Origin: Escherichia coli O157:H7
Lineage (GTDB): Bacteria > Pseudomonadota > Gammaproteobacteria > Enterobacterales > Enterobacteriaceae
Length of the DNA stretch: 64,000 bases
Strand: one strand, 5' to 3'
NCBI RefSeq assembly: GCF_013167455.1
Contig: NZ_CP038328.1
Shown: one piece after another, positions 45,647 to 62,274 of the stretch
Position numbering within the stretch: the first letter of the stretch is position 1
Layout of the letters: the number at the start of each line of letters is the position of its first letter
Program-made: the position numbers and the translations under genes
The notes under the pieces: model-generated
Database searches by the model: none
Told to the model about the DNA's origin: nothing
What the model saw: only the letters and a program-made list of their open reading frames with translations

Positions 45647-47076
45647 TTGCTGTAGTTATGGCCGGTGGTACAGGCAGTCGTCTTTGGCCACTTTCTCGTG
45701 AACTATATCCAAAGCAGTTTTTACAACTCTCTGGTGATAACACCTTGTTACAAACGACTTTGCTACGACTTTCAGGCCTATCATGTCAAAAACCATTAGT
45801 GATAACAAATGAACAGCATCGCTTTGTTGTGGCTGAACAGTTAAGGGAAATAAATAAATTAAATGGTAATATTATTCTAGAACCATGCGGGCGAAATACT
45901 GCACCAGCAATAGCGATATCTGCGTTTCATGCGTTAAAACGTAATCCTCAGGAAGATCCATTGCTTCTAGTTCTTGCGGCAGACCACGTTATAGCTAAAG
46001 AAAGTGTTTTCTGTGATGCTATTAAAAATGCAACTCCCATCGCTAATCAAGGTAAAATTGTAACGTTTGGAATTATACCAGAATATGCTGAAACTGGTTA
46101 TGGGTATATTGAGAGAGGTGAACTATCTGTACCGCTTCAAGGGCATGAAAATACTGGTTTTTATTATGTAAATAAGTTTGTCGAAAAGCCTAATCGTGAA
46201 ACCGCAGAATTGTATATGACTTCTGGTAATCACTATTGGAATAGTGGAATATTCATGTTTAAGGCATCTGTTTATCTTGAGGAATTGAGAAAATTTAGAC
46301 CTGACATTTACAATGTTTGTGAACAGGTTGCCTCATCCTCATACATTGATCTAGATTTTATTCGATTATCAAAAGAACAATTTCAAGATTGTCCTGCTGA
46401 ATCTATTGATTTTGCTGTAATGGAAAAAACAGAAAAATGTGTTGTATGCCCTGTTGATATTGGTTGGAGTGACGTTGGATCTTGGCAATCGTTATGGGAC
46501 ATTAGTCTAAAATCGAAAACAGGAGATGTATGTAAAGGTGATATATTAACCTATGATACTAAGAATAATTATATCTACTCTGAGTCAGCGTTGGTAGCCG
46601 CCATTGGAATTGAAGATATGGTTATCGTGCAAACTAAAGATGCCGTTCTTGTGTCTAAAAAGAGTGATGTACAGCATGTAAAAAAAATAGTCGAAATGCT
46701 TAAATTGCAGCAACGTACAGAGTATATTAGTCATCGTGAAGTTTTCCGACCATGGGGAAAATTTGATTCGATTGACCAAGGTGAGCGATACAAAGTCAAG
46801 AAAATTATTGTGAAACCTGGTGAGGGGCTTTCTTTAAGGATGCATCACCATCGTTCTGAACATTGGATCGTGCTTTCTGGTACAGCAAAAGTAACCCTTG
46901 GCGATAAAACTAAACTAGTCACCGCAAATGAATCGATATACATTCCCCTTGGCGCAGCGTATAGTCTTGAGAATCCGGGCATAATCCCTCTTAATCTTAT
47001 TGAAGTCAGTTCAGGGGATTATTTGGGAGAGGATGATATTATAAGACAGAAAGAACGTTACAAACATGAAGATTAA
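45628..47076 (+). CDS. manC: Mannose-1-phosphate guanylyltransferase (O-antigen copy)
   Basis: 482 aa [24 protein letters not shown]...; AT-rich DNA unlike cpsB. Confidence 0.92.
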
Positions 47077-47079
47077 CAT

Positions 47080-48450
47080 ATGAAATCTTTAACCTGCTTT
47101 AAAGCCTATGATATTCGCGGGAAATTAGGCGAAGAACTGAATGAAGATATTGCCTGGCGCATTGGGCGTGCCTATGGCGAATTTCTCAAACCGAAAACCA
47201 TTGTTTTAGGCGGTGATGTCCGCCTCACCAGCGAAGCGTTAAAACTGGCGCTTGCGAAAGGTTTACAGGATGCGGGCGTCGATGTGCTGGATATCGGTAT
47301 GTCCGGCACCGAAGAGATCTATTTCGCCACGTTCCATCTCGGAGTGGATGGCGGCATCGAAGTTACCGCCAGCCATAACCCGATGGATTACAACGGCATG
47401 AAGCTGGTGCGCGAAGGGGCTCGCCCGATCAGCGGTGATACCGGACTGCGCGATGTCCAGCGTCTGGCAGAAGCCAATGACTTCCCTCCTGTCGATGAAA
47501 CCAAACGTGGTCGCTATCAGCAAATCAATCTGCGTGACGCTTACGTTGATCACCTGTTCGGTTATATCAACGTCAAAAACCTCACGCCGCTCAAGCTGGT
47601 GATCAACTCCGGGAACGGCGCAGCGGGTCCGGTGGTGGACGCCATTGAAGCCCGATTTAAAGCCCTCGGCGCACCGGTGGAATTAATCAAAGTACACAAC
47701 ACGCCGGACGGCAATTTCCCCAACGGTATTCCTAACCCGCTGCTGCCGGAATGCCGCGACGACACCCGTAATGCGGTCATCAAACACGGCGCGGATATGG
47801 GCATTGCCTTTGATGGCGATTTTGACCGCTGTTTCCTGTTTGACGAAAAAGGGCAGTTTATCGAGGGCTACTACATTGTCGGCCTGCTGGCAGAAGCGTT
47901 CCTCGAAAAAAATCCCGGCGCGAAGATCATCCACGATCCACGTCTCTCCTGGAACACCGTTGATGTGGTGACTGCCGCAGGCGGCACCCCGGTAATGTCG
48001 AAAACCGGACACGCCTTTATTAAAGAACGTATGCGCAAGGAAGACGCCATCTACGGTGGCGAAATGAGCGCTCACCATTACTTCCGTGATTTCGCTTACT
48101 GCGACAGCGGCATGATCCCGTGGCTGCTGGTCGCCGAACTGGTGTGCCTGAAAGGAAAAACGCTGGGCGAAATGGTGCGCGACCGGATGGCGGCGTTTCC
48201 GGCAAGCGGTGAGATCAACAGCAAACTGGCGCAACCCGTTGAGGCAATTAATCGCGTGGAACAGCATTTTAGCCGCGAGGCGCTGGCGGTGGATCGCACC
48301 GATGGCATCAGCATGACCTTTGCCGACTGGCGCTTTAACCTGCGCTCCTCCAACACCGAACCGGTGGTGCGGTTGAATGTGGAATCACGCGGTGATGTAA
48401 AGCTAATGGAAAAGAAAACTAAAGCTCTTCTTAAATTGCTAAGTGAGTGA
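47080..48450 (+). CDS. manB: Phosphomannomutase (O-antigen copy; near-identical to cpsG at DNA level except the extreme 5' and 3' ends)
   Basis: 456 aa [29 protein letters not shown]...; high-GC body matching cpsG; the last ~20 codons are AT-rich and divergent (...[19 protein letters not shown]). Confidence 0.93.
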
Positions 48451-48689
48451 TTATTTACATTAATCATTAAGCGTATTTAAGATTATATTAAAGTAATGTT
48501 ATTGCGGTATATGATGAATATGTGGGCTTTTTTATGTATAACGACTATACCGCAACTTTATCTAGGAAAAGATTAATAGAAATAAAGTTTTGTACTGACC
48601 AATTTGCATTTCACGTCACGATTGAGACGTTCCTTTGCTTAAGACATTTTTTCATCGCTTATGTAATAACAAATGTGCCTTATATAAAA

Positions 48690-49650
48690 AGGAGAACAAA
48701 ATGGAACTTAAAATAATTGAGACAATAGATTTTTATTATCCCTGTTTACGATATTATAGCCAAAGTTGTATCCTGCATCAGTCCTGCAATATTTCACGAG
48801 TGCTTTGTTAACTGAATACATGTCTGCCATTTTCCAGATGATAACGACGTCATCGCAATTGATGGTAAAACACTTCGGCACACTTATGACAAGAGTCGTC
48901 GCAGAGGAGTGGTTCATGTCATTAGTGCGTTTCAGCAATGCACAGTCTGGTCCTCGGATAGATCAAGACGGATGAGAAACCTAATGCGTTCACAGTTATT
49001 CATGAACTTTCTAAAATGATGGGTATTAAAGGAAAAATAATCATAACTGATGCGATGGCTTGCCAGAAAGATATTGCAGAGAAGATATAAAAACAGAGAT
49101 GTGATTATTTATTCGCTGTAAAAGGAAATAAGAGTCGGCTTAATAGAGTCTTTGAGGAGATATTTACGCTGAAAGAATTAAATAATCCAAAACATGACAG
49201 TTACGCAATTAGTGAAAAGAGGCACGGCAGAGACGATGTCCGTCTTCATATTGTTTGAGATGCTCCTGATGAGCTTATTGATTTCACGTTTGAATGGAAA
49301 GGGCTGCAGAATTTATGAATGGCAGTCCACTTTCTCTCAATAATAGCAGAGCAAAAGAAAGAATCCGAAATGACGATCAAATATTATATTAGATCTGCTG
49401 CTTTAACCGCAGAGAAGTTCGCCACAGTAAATCGAAATCACTGGCGCATGGAGAATAAGTTGCACAGTAGCCTGATGTGGTAATGAATGAAATCGACTAT
49501 AATATAAGAAGGCGAGTTGCATTCGAATGATTTTCTAGAATGCGGCACATCGCTATTAATATCTGACAATGATAATGTATTCAAGGCAGGATTATCATGT
49601 AAGATGCGAAAAGCAGTCATGGACAGAAACTTCCTAGCGTCAGGCATTGC
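48690..49650 (+). mobile_element. Degenerate H-repeat (ISAs1-family) transposase remnant
   Basis: Frame-hopping translation gives MELK..., [155 protein letters not shown]-repeat-protein blocks interrupted by multiple stops and frameshifts. Confidence 0.8.
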
Positions 49651-49712
49651 AGCGTGCGGGCTTTCATAATCTTGCATTGGTTTTGATAAGATATTTCTTT
49701 GGAGATGGGAAA

Positions 49713-50378
49713 ATGAATTTGTATGGTATTTTTGGTGCTGGAAGTTATGGTAGAGAAACAATACCCATTCTAAATCAACAAATAAAGCAAGAATGTGGTT
49801 CTGACTATGCTCTGGTTTTTGTGGATGATGTTTTGGCAGGAAAGAAAGTTAATGGTTTTGAAGTGCTTTCAACCAACTGCTTTCTAAAAGCCCCTTATTT
49901 AAAAAAGTATTTTAATGTTGCTATTGCTAATGATAAGATACGACAGAGAGTGTCTGAGTCAATATTATTACACGGGGTTGAACCAATAACTATAAAACAT
50001 CCAAATAGCGTTGTTTATGATCATACTATGATAGGTAGTGGCGCTATTATTTCTCCCTTTGTTACAATATCTACTAATACTCATATAGGGAGGTTTTTTC
50101 ATGCAAACATATACTCATACGTTGCACATGATTGTCAAATAGGAGACTATGTTACATTTGCTCCTGGGGCTAAATGTAATGGATATGTTGTTATTGAAGA
50201 CAATGCATATATAGGCTCGGGTGCAGTAATTAAGCAGGGTGTTCCTAATCGCCCACTTATTATTGGCGCGGGAGCCATTATAGGTATGGGGGCTGTTGTC
50301 ACTAAAAGTGTTCCTGCCGGTATAACTGTGTGCGGAAATCCAGCAAGAGAAATGAAAAGATCGCCAACATCTATTTAA
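49713..50378 (+). CDS. wbdR: Hexapeptide-repeat acetyltransferase, probable GDP-perosamine N-acetyltransferase
   Basis: MNLYGIFGAGSYGRETIPIL...; C-terminal left-handed beta-helix repeats; last gene before gnd as in the O157 cluster. Confidence 0.8.
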   Translation: MNLYGIFGAGSYGRETIPILNQQIKQECGSDYALVFVDDVLAGKKVNGFEVLSTNCFLKAPYLKKYFNVAIANDKIRQRVSESILLHGVEPITIKHPNSVVYDHTMIGSGAIISPFVTISTNTHIGRFFHANIYSYVAHDCQIGDYVTFAPGAKCNGYVVIEDNAYIGSGAVIKQGVPNRPLIIGAGAIIGMGAVVTKSVPAGITVCGNPAREMKRSPTSI

Positions 50379-50578
50379 TGGGAATGCGAAAACACGTTCC
50401 AAATGGGACTAATGTTTAAAATATATATAATTTCGCTAATTTACTAAATTATGGCTTCTTTTTAAGCTATCCTTTACTTAGTTATTACTGATACAGCATG
50501 AAATTTATAATACTCTGATACATTTTTATACGTTATTCAAGCCGCATATCTAGCGGTAACCCCTGACAGGAGTAAACA

Positions 50579-51985
50579 ATGTCAAAGCAACAGATCGGCG
50601 TAGTCGGTATGGCAGTGATGGGGCGCAACCTTGCGCTCAACATCGAAAGCCGTGGTTATACCGTCTCTATTTTCAACCGTTCCCGTGAAAAGACGGAAGA
50701 AGTGATTGCCGAAAATCCAGGCAAGAAACTGGTTCCTTACTATACGGTGAAAGAATTTGTTGAATCTCTGGAAACGCCTCGTCGCATCTTGTTAATGGTG
50801 AAAGCAGGTGCAGGCACGGATGCTGCTATTGATTCCCTTAAGCCATACCTCGATAAAGGTGACATCATCATTGATGGTGGTAATACCTTCTTCCAGGACA
50901 CCATTCGTCGTAACCGTGAGCTTTCTGCAGAAGGCTTTAACTTCATCGGTACCGGTGTTTCCGGTGGTGAGGAGGGCGCACTAAAAGGTCCTTCCATTAT
51001 GCCTGGTGGGCAGAAAGAAGCCTATGAACTAGTTGCGCCGATCCTGACCAAAATCGCCGCAGTGGCTGAAGACGGTGAGCCATGCGTTACCTATATTGGT
51101 GCCGATGGCGCAGGTCACTATGTGAAGATGGTTCACAACGGTATTGAATACGGCGATATGCAGCTGATTGCTGAAGCCTATTCTCTGCTTAAAGGTGGTC
51201 TGAACCTCACCAACGAAGAACTGGCGCAGATCTTTACCGAGTGGAATAACGGTGAACTGAGCAGCTACCTGATCGACATTACCAAAGACATCTTCACTAA
51301 AAAAGATGAAGACGGTAACTACCTGGTTGATGTGATCCTGGATGAAGCGGCAAACAAAGGTACGGGCAAATGGACCAGCCAGAGCGCACTGGATCTCGGC
51401 GAACCGCTGTCGCTGATTACCGAGTCTGTGTTTGCACGATACATCTCTTCTCTGAAAGATCAGCGCGTTGCTGCGTCTAAAGTTCTCTCTGGCCCACAAG
51501 CGCAGCCAGCTGGCGACAAGGCTGAGTTCATCGAAAAAGTTCGCCGTGCACTGTATCTGGGCAAAATCGTTTCTTACGCTCAGGGGTTCTCTCAACTGCG
51601 TGCGGCGTCTGAAGAGTACAACTGGGATCTGAACTACGGCGAAATCGCGAAGATTTTCCGTGCTGGCTGCATCATCCGTGCGCAGTTCCTGCAGAAAATC
51701 ACCGATGCTTATGCCGAAAATCCGCAGATCGCTAACCTGCTGCTGGCTCCTTACTTCAAGCAAATTGCCGATGACTACCAGCAGGCGCTGCGCGATGTCG
51801 TCGCTTATGCGGTACAGAACGGTATCCCGGTTCCGACCTTCGCCGCTGCGGTTGCCTATTATGACAGCTACCGCGCCGCTGTTCTGCCTGCGAACCTGAT
51901 CCAGGCACAGCGTGACTATTTCGGTGCGCATACTTATAAGCGCATTGATAAAGAAGGTGTGTTCCATACCGAATGGCTGGATTAA
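50579..51985 (+). CDS. gnd: 6-phosphogluconate dehydrogenase, decarboxylating
   Basis: 468 aa [30 protein letters not shown]... Confidence 0.95.
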   Translation: MSKQQIGVVGMAVMGRNLALNIESRGYTVSIFNRSREKTEEVIAENPGKKLVPYYTVKEFVESLETPRRILLMVKAGAGTDAAIDSLKPYLDKGDIIIDGGNTFFQDTIRRNRELSAEGFNFIGTGVSGGEEGALKGPSIMPGGQKEAYELVAPILTKIAAVAEDGEPCVTYIGADGAGHYVKMVHNGIEYGDMQLIAEAYSLLKGGLNLTNEELAQIFTEWNNGELSSYLIDITKDIFTKKDEDGNYLVDVILDEAANKGTGKWTSQSALDLGEPLSLITESVFARYISSLKDQRVAASKVLSGPQAQPAGDKAEFIEKVRRALYLGKIVSYAQGFSQLRAASEEYNWDLNYGEIAKIFRAGCIIRAQFLQKITDAYAENPQIANLLLAPYFKQIADDYQQALRDVVAYAVQNGIPVPTFAAAVAYYDSYRAAVLPANLIQAQRDYFGAHTYKRIDKEGVFHTEWLD

Positions 51986-52011
51986 TCTGATTTAATCAAC
52001 AATAAAATTGA

Positions 52012-52043
52012 GGCCCGGCGTATATTGTACCGGGCTTTTTTTT
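52012..52043 (+). terminator. Rho-independent terminator after gnd
   Basis: GCCCGGCG-tatattgta-CCGGGC stem-loop followed by TTTTTTTT. Confidence 0.75.
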
Positions 52044-52224
52044 GCCAATTATCTTATAGACTAAATATCACTGCTTAATATTAACTTAATAAATATCAGC
52101 TATTCTTATAAAGAAAATCTGAATTGTTTTTCGCTGCGTTGACCATCGAACAACGTAGCGTTAAAACTTTTAGCTCTTATCAGGATGTTAAAAACATCAT
52201 GATTCACAGTTAAGTTAATTCTGA

Positions 52225-53400
<1,176 letters not shown>

Positions 53401-53542
53401 CATCTTGTTATCAGGGCTATTTACGCCCTGATTGTCTTTTGTTACCTCCGCAATAATTCATTATTTTTATCACTTATCCTATAGCATTCACAGGGATTAT
53501 CGCTAAACTATGCGGACTTGGAAATTTCCGTCAGTTAGGGTA

Positions 53543-54523
53543 ATGATGAGAGTAGAAAATAATAATGTTTCTGGGCAAAACCATGACCCGGAACAGATTG
53601 ATTTGATTGATTTACTAGTGCAGTTGTGGCGTGGCAAGATGACAATCATCATTTCCGTCATTGTGGCTATTGCTCTGGCTATTGGTTATTTGGCAGTAGC
53701 GAAGGAGAAATGGACGTCAACAGCAATTATCACTCAGCCCGACGTGGGGCAAATTGCTGGCTATAACAATGCCATGAATGTTATCTATGGTCAGGCTGCA
53801 CCGAAAGTATCGGATTTGCAGGAGACGTTGATTGGTCGCTTCAGTTCTGCCTTCTCAGCATTAGCAGAAACGCTGGATAATCAGGAAGAACCAGAAAAAC
53901 TTACCATCGAACCTTCTGTTAAGAACCAGCAATTACCATTGACTGTTTCTTATGTTGGGCAAACTGCAGAGGGAGCACAAATGAAGTTGGCCCAATACAT
54001 TCAGCAAGTTGATGATAAAGTGAATCAAGAGCTAGAAAAGGATCTCAAAGACAACATTGCTCTGGGACGGAAAAACTTGCAGGACTCTTTAAGAACGCAG
54101 GAAGTAGTTGCGCAGGAGCAGAAAGAGCTGCGTATCCGTCAGATTCAGGAAGCGTTGCAGTATGCGAATCAGGCGCAGGTGGCAAAGCCACAGGTTCAGC
54201 AGACTGAAGATGTGACGCAAGATACGTTGTTCCTTTTGGGGAGCGAAGCGCTGGAGTCGATGATTAAGCATGAGGCGACCCGTCCGTTGGTGTTCTCACC
54301 AAACTACTATCAGACACGTCAAAACCTGTTGGATATTGAAAACTTAAAGGTTGATGATCTTGATATTCATGCTTACCGCTATGTAATGAAACCGACGTTA
54401 CCTATTCGTCGCGATAGTCCGAAAAAGGCAATCACCTTGATTCTGGCGGTGCTGCTGGGCGGCATGGTTGGCGCGGGGATTGTGCTGGGGCGTAACGCTC
54501 TGCGTAATTACAACGCGAAGTAA
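53543..54523 (+). CDS. wzzB: O-antigen chain-length determinant (polysaccharide co-polymerase)
   Basis: MRVENNNVSGQNHDPEQIDLIDLLVQLWRGKMTIII...; N- and C-terminal TM segments with a proline-rich C-terminal region. Confidence 0.9.
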   Translation: MMRVENNNVSGQNHDPEQIDLIDLLVQLWRGKMTIIISVIVAIALAIGYLAVAKEKWTSTAIITQPDVGQIAGYNNAMNVIYGQAAPKVSDLQETLIGRFSSAFSALAETLDNQEEPEKLTIEPSVKNQQLPLTVSYVGQTAEGAQMKLAQYIQQVDDKVNQELEKDLKDNIALGRKNLQDSLRTQEVVAQEQKELRIRQIQEALQYANQAQVAKPQVQQTEDVTQDTLFLLGSEALESMIKHEATRPLVFSPNYYQTRQNLLDIENLKVDDLDIHAYRYVMKPTLPIRRDSPKKAITLILAVLLGGMVGAGIVLGRNALRNYNAK

Positions 54524-54545
54524 TCTTTTCGGTTTTAAAGAAAAA

Positions 54546-54578
54546 GGGCAGGGTGGTGACACCTTGCCCGTTTTTTTT
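54546..54578. terminator. Bidirectional rho-independent terminator between convergent wzzB and hisI
   Basis: 10-bp stem GGGCAGGGTG/CACCTTGCCC with GTGA loop, flanked by an A-rich tract upstream and TTTTTTTT downstream; a second palindrome (GGATGCGA...TCGCATCC) follows at about 54582-54605. Confidence 0.7.
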
Positions 54579-54619
54579 GCCGGATGCGACAACAATATCG
54601 CATCCGCTTACCCCGCAAC

Positions 54620-55224
54620 TCACTGATGACGTTTACGCAGGTTCTCAATCACCGTTGTTAAATCCAGATCCTGATCCTGCAACAATACCAGCAGGTGATA
54701 CATCAAGTCAGACGCCTCGTTGGTCAGCTCAAAGCGGTCATGTACAGTCGCGGCCAGTGCGGTTTCCACGCCTTCTTCGCCCACTTTCTGCGCAATGCGT
54801 TTGGTGCCGCTGGCATACAGTTTGGCGGTGTAGGAGGTTTCCGGGTCGGCAGATTTGCGTTCGGCGAGCAATTGTTCCAGTTGATACAGGAACAGCCACT
54901 GGTGAGCGGTGTCGCCGAAGCAGCTGCTGGTGCCTTTGTGGCAGGTTGGTCCGATAGGATTCGCCAGTACCAGTAGCGTGTCGTTGTCGCAGTCCGGCGC
55001 AATATTTACTACGTTGAGGAAATTGCCCGACGTTTCGCCTTTGGTCCACAGTCGCTGTTTAGTGCGCGAGAAGAAGGTGACTTTGCCGCTTTCGATGGTT
55101 TTGTCTAAGGCTTCCGGGTTCATATAGCCCAGCATTAACACTTCGCCGGATACCGCGTGTTGCACAATCACCGGCATCAGTCCGTCGGTTTTTTCCCAGT
55201 CCAGTTCGCGACGTTGTTGTTCTG

Positions 55225-55231
<7 letters not shown>
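54620..55231 (-). CDS. hisI: Bifunctional phosphoribosyl-AMP cyclohydrolase / phosphoribosyl-ATP pyrophosphatase
   Basis: 203 aa [42 protein letters not shown]... Confidence 0.95.
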
Positions 55232-57309
<2,078 letters not shown>

Positions 57310-57310
<1 letters not shown>

Positions 57311-58376
57311 TACAGCACTCCTTTCGACGAGGGCAGGGTATCGCCTTCCACGCGGATGGCCTGGCGCAGGGTCCGACCAAAGGCTTTGAACAGGCTCTCT
57401 ACACGGTGATGATCGTTTTTACCTTTGGTTTTCAGGTGGAGCGTCACGCCCATGGTGTAAGAGAGCGAACGGAAGAAGTGCTCGATCATCTCGGTGCTGA
57501 GATCGCCCACGCGTTGGTAGGTAAACTCGGCTTTATATTCCAGGTGCGGGCGACCAGAGATATCCAGCGCGCAGCGGGCAAGGCATTCGTCCATCGGCAG
57601 CACAAAACCAAAGCGGCAAATACCGCGTTTATCGCCGAGGGCAATTTTTAACGCTTCGCCCAGCGCCAGGCCGGTATCTTCGACGGTGTGGTGATCGTCG
57701 ATATAGAGGTCGCCTTTGACGTTGATTTCCATACGGAAACCGCCGTGGGTGGCGATCTGATCCAGCATGTGATCAAAGAAGCCAACGCCGGTATTAATCT
57801 TGCTGCCACCTTCACGATCCAGCCACACCTGAACGTCAATCTGCGTCTCTTTGGTATTACGCACTACGTGAGCGTAACGGTCACGTCTGGTGAGTTGCTC
57901 GCCAATCATTGGCCAGTTCAGGGTTTCGCGGTCGTAGCGTAAACCATTAATGCCCATGTTTTCAGCGAGTTGAATATCGGTCGCGCGATCGCCAATCACA
58001 TAACTGTTGGCGCGATCCATCGCTTGCTCAGCGAGATAACGCTCCACCAGTTTTACTTTCGGTTTACGGCAGTCGCACTCATCGGCGGGCAGGTGCGGAC
58101 AAATCAGCACTTCATCAAACTGTACGCCTTGCGAGGTGAATATCTGCATCATCAGGTTGTGCGGGCCATCGAAATCCGCCTGCGGGAAACTTTGTGTTCC
58201 CAGACCATCCTGATTAGTGATCATCACCAGTTTGTAGCCCGCTTTTTGCAGCTTCAGCAGTTGCGGGATCACGCCCGGTTCAAAGGCGAGTTTGTCAAAA
58301 CGATCCACCTGAAAATCACTCGGCGGTTCGCTAATCAGGGTTCCATCGCGATCGATAAAAAGATACTTCTGACTCA

Positions 58377-58377
<1 letters not shown>
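57310..58377 (-). CDS. hisB: Bifunctional histidinol-phosphatase / imidazoleglycerol-phosphate dehydratase
   Basis: [60 protein letters not shown]... Confidence 0.95.
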
Positions 58378-60748
<2,371 letters not shown>

Positions 60749-60753
60749 GGCGA

Positions 60754-61653
60754 TCACTCCATCATCTTCTCAATCGGCAGGACCAGGATTGAACTGGCAC
60801 CCAGCGCTTTCAGTTTTTCCATCGTTTCCCAGAACAGGGTTTCGCTACTGACCATGTGCATCGCTACGCGCTGTTGATCACCCGCCAGCGGCAGAATGGT
60901 TGGGCGTTCGGCACCTGGCAGCAGGGCGATGACTTCATCCAGACGTTGGGTCGGTGCGTGCATCATGATGTATTTTGATTCGCGCGCCTGGATCACACCC
61001 TGAATACGGGTCAGCAGCTTGTCGATCAGTTGCTGTTTGGATTCTTCCATTTCGCCATCGCGTTGTATCAGGCAGGCTTTCGAGCGATAGATAACTTCGA
61101 CTTCGCGCAGGCCGTTTGCTTCCAGCGTGGCACCGGTGGAAACCAGATCGCAAATCGCATCCGCCAGTCCGGCACGCGGGGCGACTTCAACAGAACCGTT
61201 CAGTAAGCAGGATTTAAAAGAGATGCCTTTCTGGTCGAGATAACGCTTGAGCAGGTGAGGATAAGAGGTGGCGATACGTTTACCGTTTAAGGAGAGCGGG
61301 CCGTCCCAGGCATCATCAACCGGCGTTGCCAGCGAAAGACGGCAGCCGCCGAAATCCAGACGACGCAGGGTAAAGTAGCGTGGATCTTCACCCTGGGCGC
61401 GGCGGTTAAGCAGCTCTTCTTCCAGCACGTTTTCGCCGATAATCCCAAGATCTACCACGCCGTCCATTACCAGACCGGGAATGTCGTCGTCACGCACGCG
61501 CAGAATATCAATCGGCATGTTTTCTGCCATCGCGATCAGGCGCTGGGTGTGAAGATTGATTTTAATGCCACAGCGCGCCAGCAATTCGCGAGAGTCATCA
61601 CTTAAACGGCCGGATTTCTGCATAGCTATGCGTAAACGAGTGTTGTCTGTCAT
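60754..61653 (-). CDS. hisG: ATP phosphoribosyltransferase
   Basis: [65 protein letters not shown]... Confidence 0.95.
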   Translation of the reverse strand: MTDNTRLRIAMQKSGRLSDDSRELLARCGIKINLHTQRLIAMAENMPIDILRVRDDDIPGLVMDGVVDLGIIGENVLEEELLNRRAQGEDPRYFTLRRLDFGGCRLSLATPVDDAWDGPLSLNGKRIATSYPHLLKRYLDQKGISFKSCLLNGSVEVAPRAGLADAICDLVSTGATLEANGLREVEVIYRSKACLIQRDGEMEESKQQLIDKLLTRIQGVIQARESKYIMMHAPTQRLDEVIALLPGAERPTILPLAGDQQRVAMHMVSSETLFWETMEKLKALGASSILVLPIEKMME

Positions 61654-61700
61654 TTTCTTATTCCTCTTTAAACCTGTCTGAACCGTTATCAACCGCGCAA

Positions 61701-61734
61701 TAAAAAAGCCCCCGGAAGGTGATCTTCCGGGGGC
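61701..61734 (-). terminator. his attenuator terminator hairpin
   Basis: Minus strand GCCCCCGGAAG-atcac-CTTCCGGGGGC followed by TTTTTT, between hisL and hisG. Confidence 0.85.
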
Positions 61735-61798
61735 TTTCTCATGCGTTCATGCACCACTGGAAGATCTGAATGTCTTCCAGCACACATCGCCTGAAAGA

Positions 61799-61849
61799 CT
61801 AGTCAGGATGATGGTGATGATGGTGCTGTTTAAATTGAACGCGTGTCAT
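61799..61849 (-). CDS. hisL: his operon leader peptide
   Basis: Minus-strand ATG ACA CGC GTT CAA TTT AAA CAC CAC CAT CAT CAC CAT CAT CCT GAC TAG = MTRVQFKHHHHHHHPD* with seven consecutive His codons. Confidence 0.95.
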   Translation of the reverse strand: MTRVQFKQHHHHHHPD

Positions 61850-62074
61850 AAAAGTCTCTGTGAATGTTTATTCAACTGATGTCTTTTAACCTAAACCACT
61901 TTCACGTTAGAAAGCAAGGGCTTTTTTATATATTTTATGGCGATGGATTTGTTTAATGAATGAGCGGGGAAAGGAGGGGGCTAAGAGTGACTAGGTTAAA
62001 AAAGTAATCGTGAAAATATGTCATTAAAACCCTCAAGAACATTGTGTTCTGTAACTAAAGTGGGCTTTGTTCCT

Positions 62075-62180
62075 GCCGGATGCGGCGTGAATGCCTTATC
62101 TGGTCTACAAATGTTGCCTAAATTCAATATATTGATGTTTTGTAGGACTAATAAGCGGAGCGCATCAGGCAATGGTATAT
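62075..62180. repeat. REP elements in the hisL-yeeZ intergenic region
   Basis: CCTGCCGGATGCGGCGTGAATGCCTTATCTGG ... GTAGGACTAATAAGCGGAGCGCATCAGGC. Confidence 0.65.
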
Positions 62181-62274
62181 TTGCTAACAGTTTCGATTTC
62201 ATTCATAGAATGAATTGTCAGTTTTGATACGCTAGCGTAGCCTTATAGATCTAAGGTGTATCAGGAGATAACGG

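Noticed and set aside
48493-48550. 10-bp inverted repeat TTGCGGTATA...TATACCGCAA upstream of the H-repeat remnant, considered as a possible IS terminal repeat
   Set aside because: Only one copy found and no matching repeat at the other end of the remnant; could be chance in AT-rich DNA.
49438-49761. 107-aa ORF on the minus strand overlapping the H-repeat remnant and wbdR start
   Set aside because: Antisense to the transposase remnant; no RBS and no family resemblance.
62018-62227. 69-aa ORF between hisL and yeeZ
   Set aside because: The reading frame runs straight through REP palindromes (CCTGCCGGATGCGGCGTGAATGCCTTATC), so the frame is a by-product of repeat sequence.
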